This document shows, piece after piece, positions 62,794 through 64,000 of a DNA stretch of 64,000 nt. The notes beneath the pieces are model-generated. The model was given only the letters and a program-made list of their open reading frames with translations, was not told the DNA's origin and did no database searches. The stretch lies in assembly GCA_013265495.1 (NCBI GenBank), contig MU058009.1, positions 1,304,001-1,368,000 of the forward strand. Reading direction: 5' to 3'. Position numbers and translations under genes: made by a program. Numbering within the stretch: position 1 is the stretch's first letter; every line of letters starts with the position of its first letter. The stretch comes from Vicugna vicugna (Eukaryota).

Positions 62794-63904
62794 CATTCAT
62801 TCTGCTGTAATGCATAAATCAGATGGGGAAGGACAGTCATCAATGAAGTAGATACCCTACTACCATAAGGTCATTATTGAAATAAATGTAATAATGTACT
62901 TGTATTAATACATTATATGACTATAGAGTTCCATAATATTAATATATCAAAATGCCTATTCTTGTAATAATACGATATTCCTACATTGTTGCATTAATTA
63001 ACTGTCAGATGAAAATTACGAGTTATGGCTCTATCACTAATGAATAATTTCACTATCAATAATTTGTGGAACTAAGTGGTTTTATTGGAAGCTGTAGCAA
63101 AAACACTGGGTGATGTCTGCGTGTTAAAAACTGATTTGATTTCATAATGTCATTTTATCTCTGTTTCCTGAAAATTTTAAGTAAATTTAGTTTTTGTCCT
63201 AATTATCCAATAATCACCTTATTTCTATATTTTGTTCTGTATCTTATTATTTCACTCCATCTGTGTCCATAACTGTCTCTTTTCAAAGCCCACTTTTTTT
63301 CAATGAACACAATCACCAACAGAAGAGGGAAAGAATTTAACAGCAAAAAAAAAAATGAAGCAAGGTCCCGCGAATGCTTCCAGCTGAGACACCAGCTGGC
63401 GCTGCTGCTGTCTGTGTGGAGTGGAATCCCAGAAGCCACTGAAAGGAGACAATCAGTTTTAGCTGACTCAAAACAATTTTTATGTCCTTTTTCCGAACAC
63501 AGATGAATCTGATGCAAATTGTTTGAAAATAAGAGCCTCACGACTAAATGCATTACCACACTTCACGGCAGAAAACCGCATTTCCTGGTGACGTGATGGT
63601 GTCTGGAAACACTGCCTTCTAAAGGTTGTTAAAATCCTCGGCAGAATCTCTAGTTCTTTTGACTGTTGGTGCTGCTGTTGGCGCTACAAGTAATTAGAAT
63701 TCTTCAGTTTTATAGTGTACCCTCTCCAAAGAGTTCAAAGGTCTTTACAAATCAAAGAGCAATCGGAGCAAGGCCATACCAAAGCTCAGCCATGGCTACA
63801 AGAGATGGTTCGTAAAACGATATGGTTGCTCTTCATAATGTCAGTCTCGAAATGACAGAGATATGTATGGTACGTGACATTTGAAGGGTAATAGAATGGC
63901 AATG

Positions 63905-64000
63905 ACAACAATAGCTAGTGTTTACCCAGGGTTTATTGTATCTCAGACACTGTGTGCATCATCTAATGCACACAAAACTGCATGATTTTGATAATATTAT
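63905..64000 (-). mobile_element. MIR fragment (runs off window)
   Basis: 'aacaatagctagtgtttac...tcagacactgtg'. Confidence 0.55.

Noticed and set aside
1..64000. CRISPR array, operon or other prokaryotic/viral system; named host gene
   Set aside because: Sequence is mammalian with no repeat-spacer array or long ORFs, and no exon matched a protein I recognise, so no gene symbol is given.

Overview
Repeat-rich mammalian genomic DNA, most likely camelid (alpaca/llama/camel). That call rests on two tRNA-derived SINEs of the camelid Vic-1 type, cetartiodactyl-type L1 3' ends and a MER41-like LTR. I find no protein-coding gene that I can identify: the ORFs in the track are short, lack recognisable domains, or are L1 ORF2 C-terminal remnants, low-complexity or N-gap artefacts. 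The window looks intergenic or intronic. It contains many L1, L2, MIR, hAT/Tigger DNA-transposon and LTR remnants, several nested insertions with readable target-site duplications (TSDs), two GC/CpG-rich promoter-like islands (about 9.2-9.4 kb and 34.9-35.2 kb), candidate enhancers, isolated splice-competent candidate exons and a 162-N gap. Repeat family names come from my recall of consensus sequences and need RepeatMasker/Dfam confirmation; boundaries of old repeats are approximate. I do not see evidence for a new biological system. The best leads are candidate unannotated spliced transcripts or micro-exons, CpG-gain tracts and TE-derived regulatory motifs.
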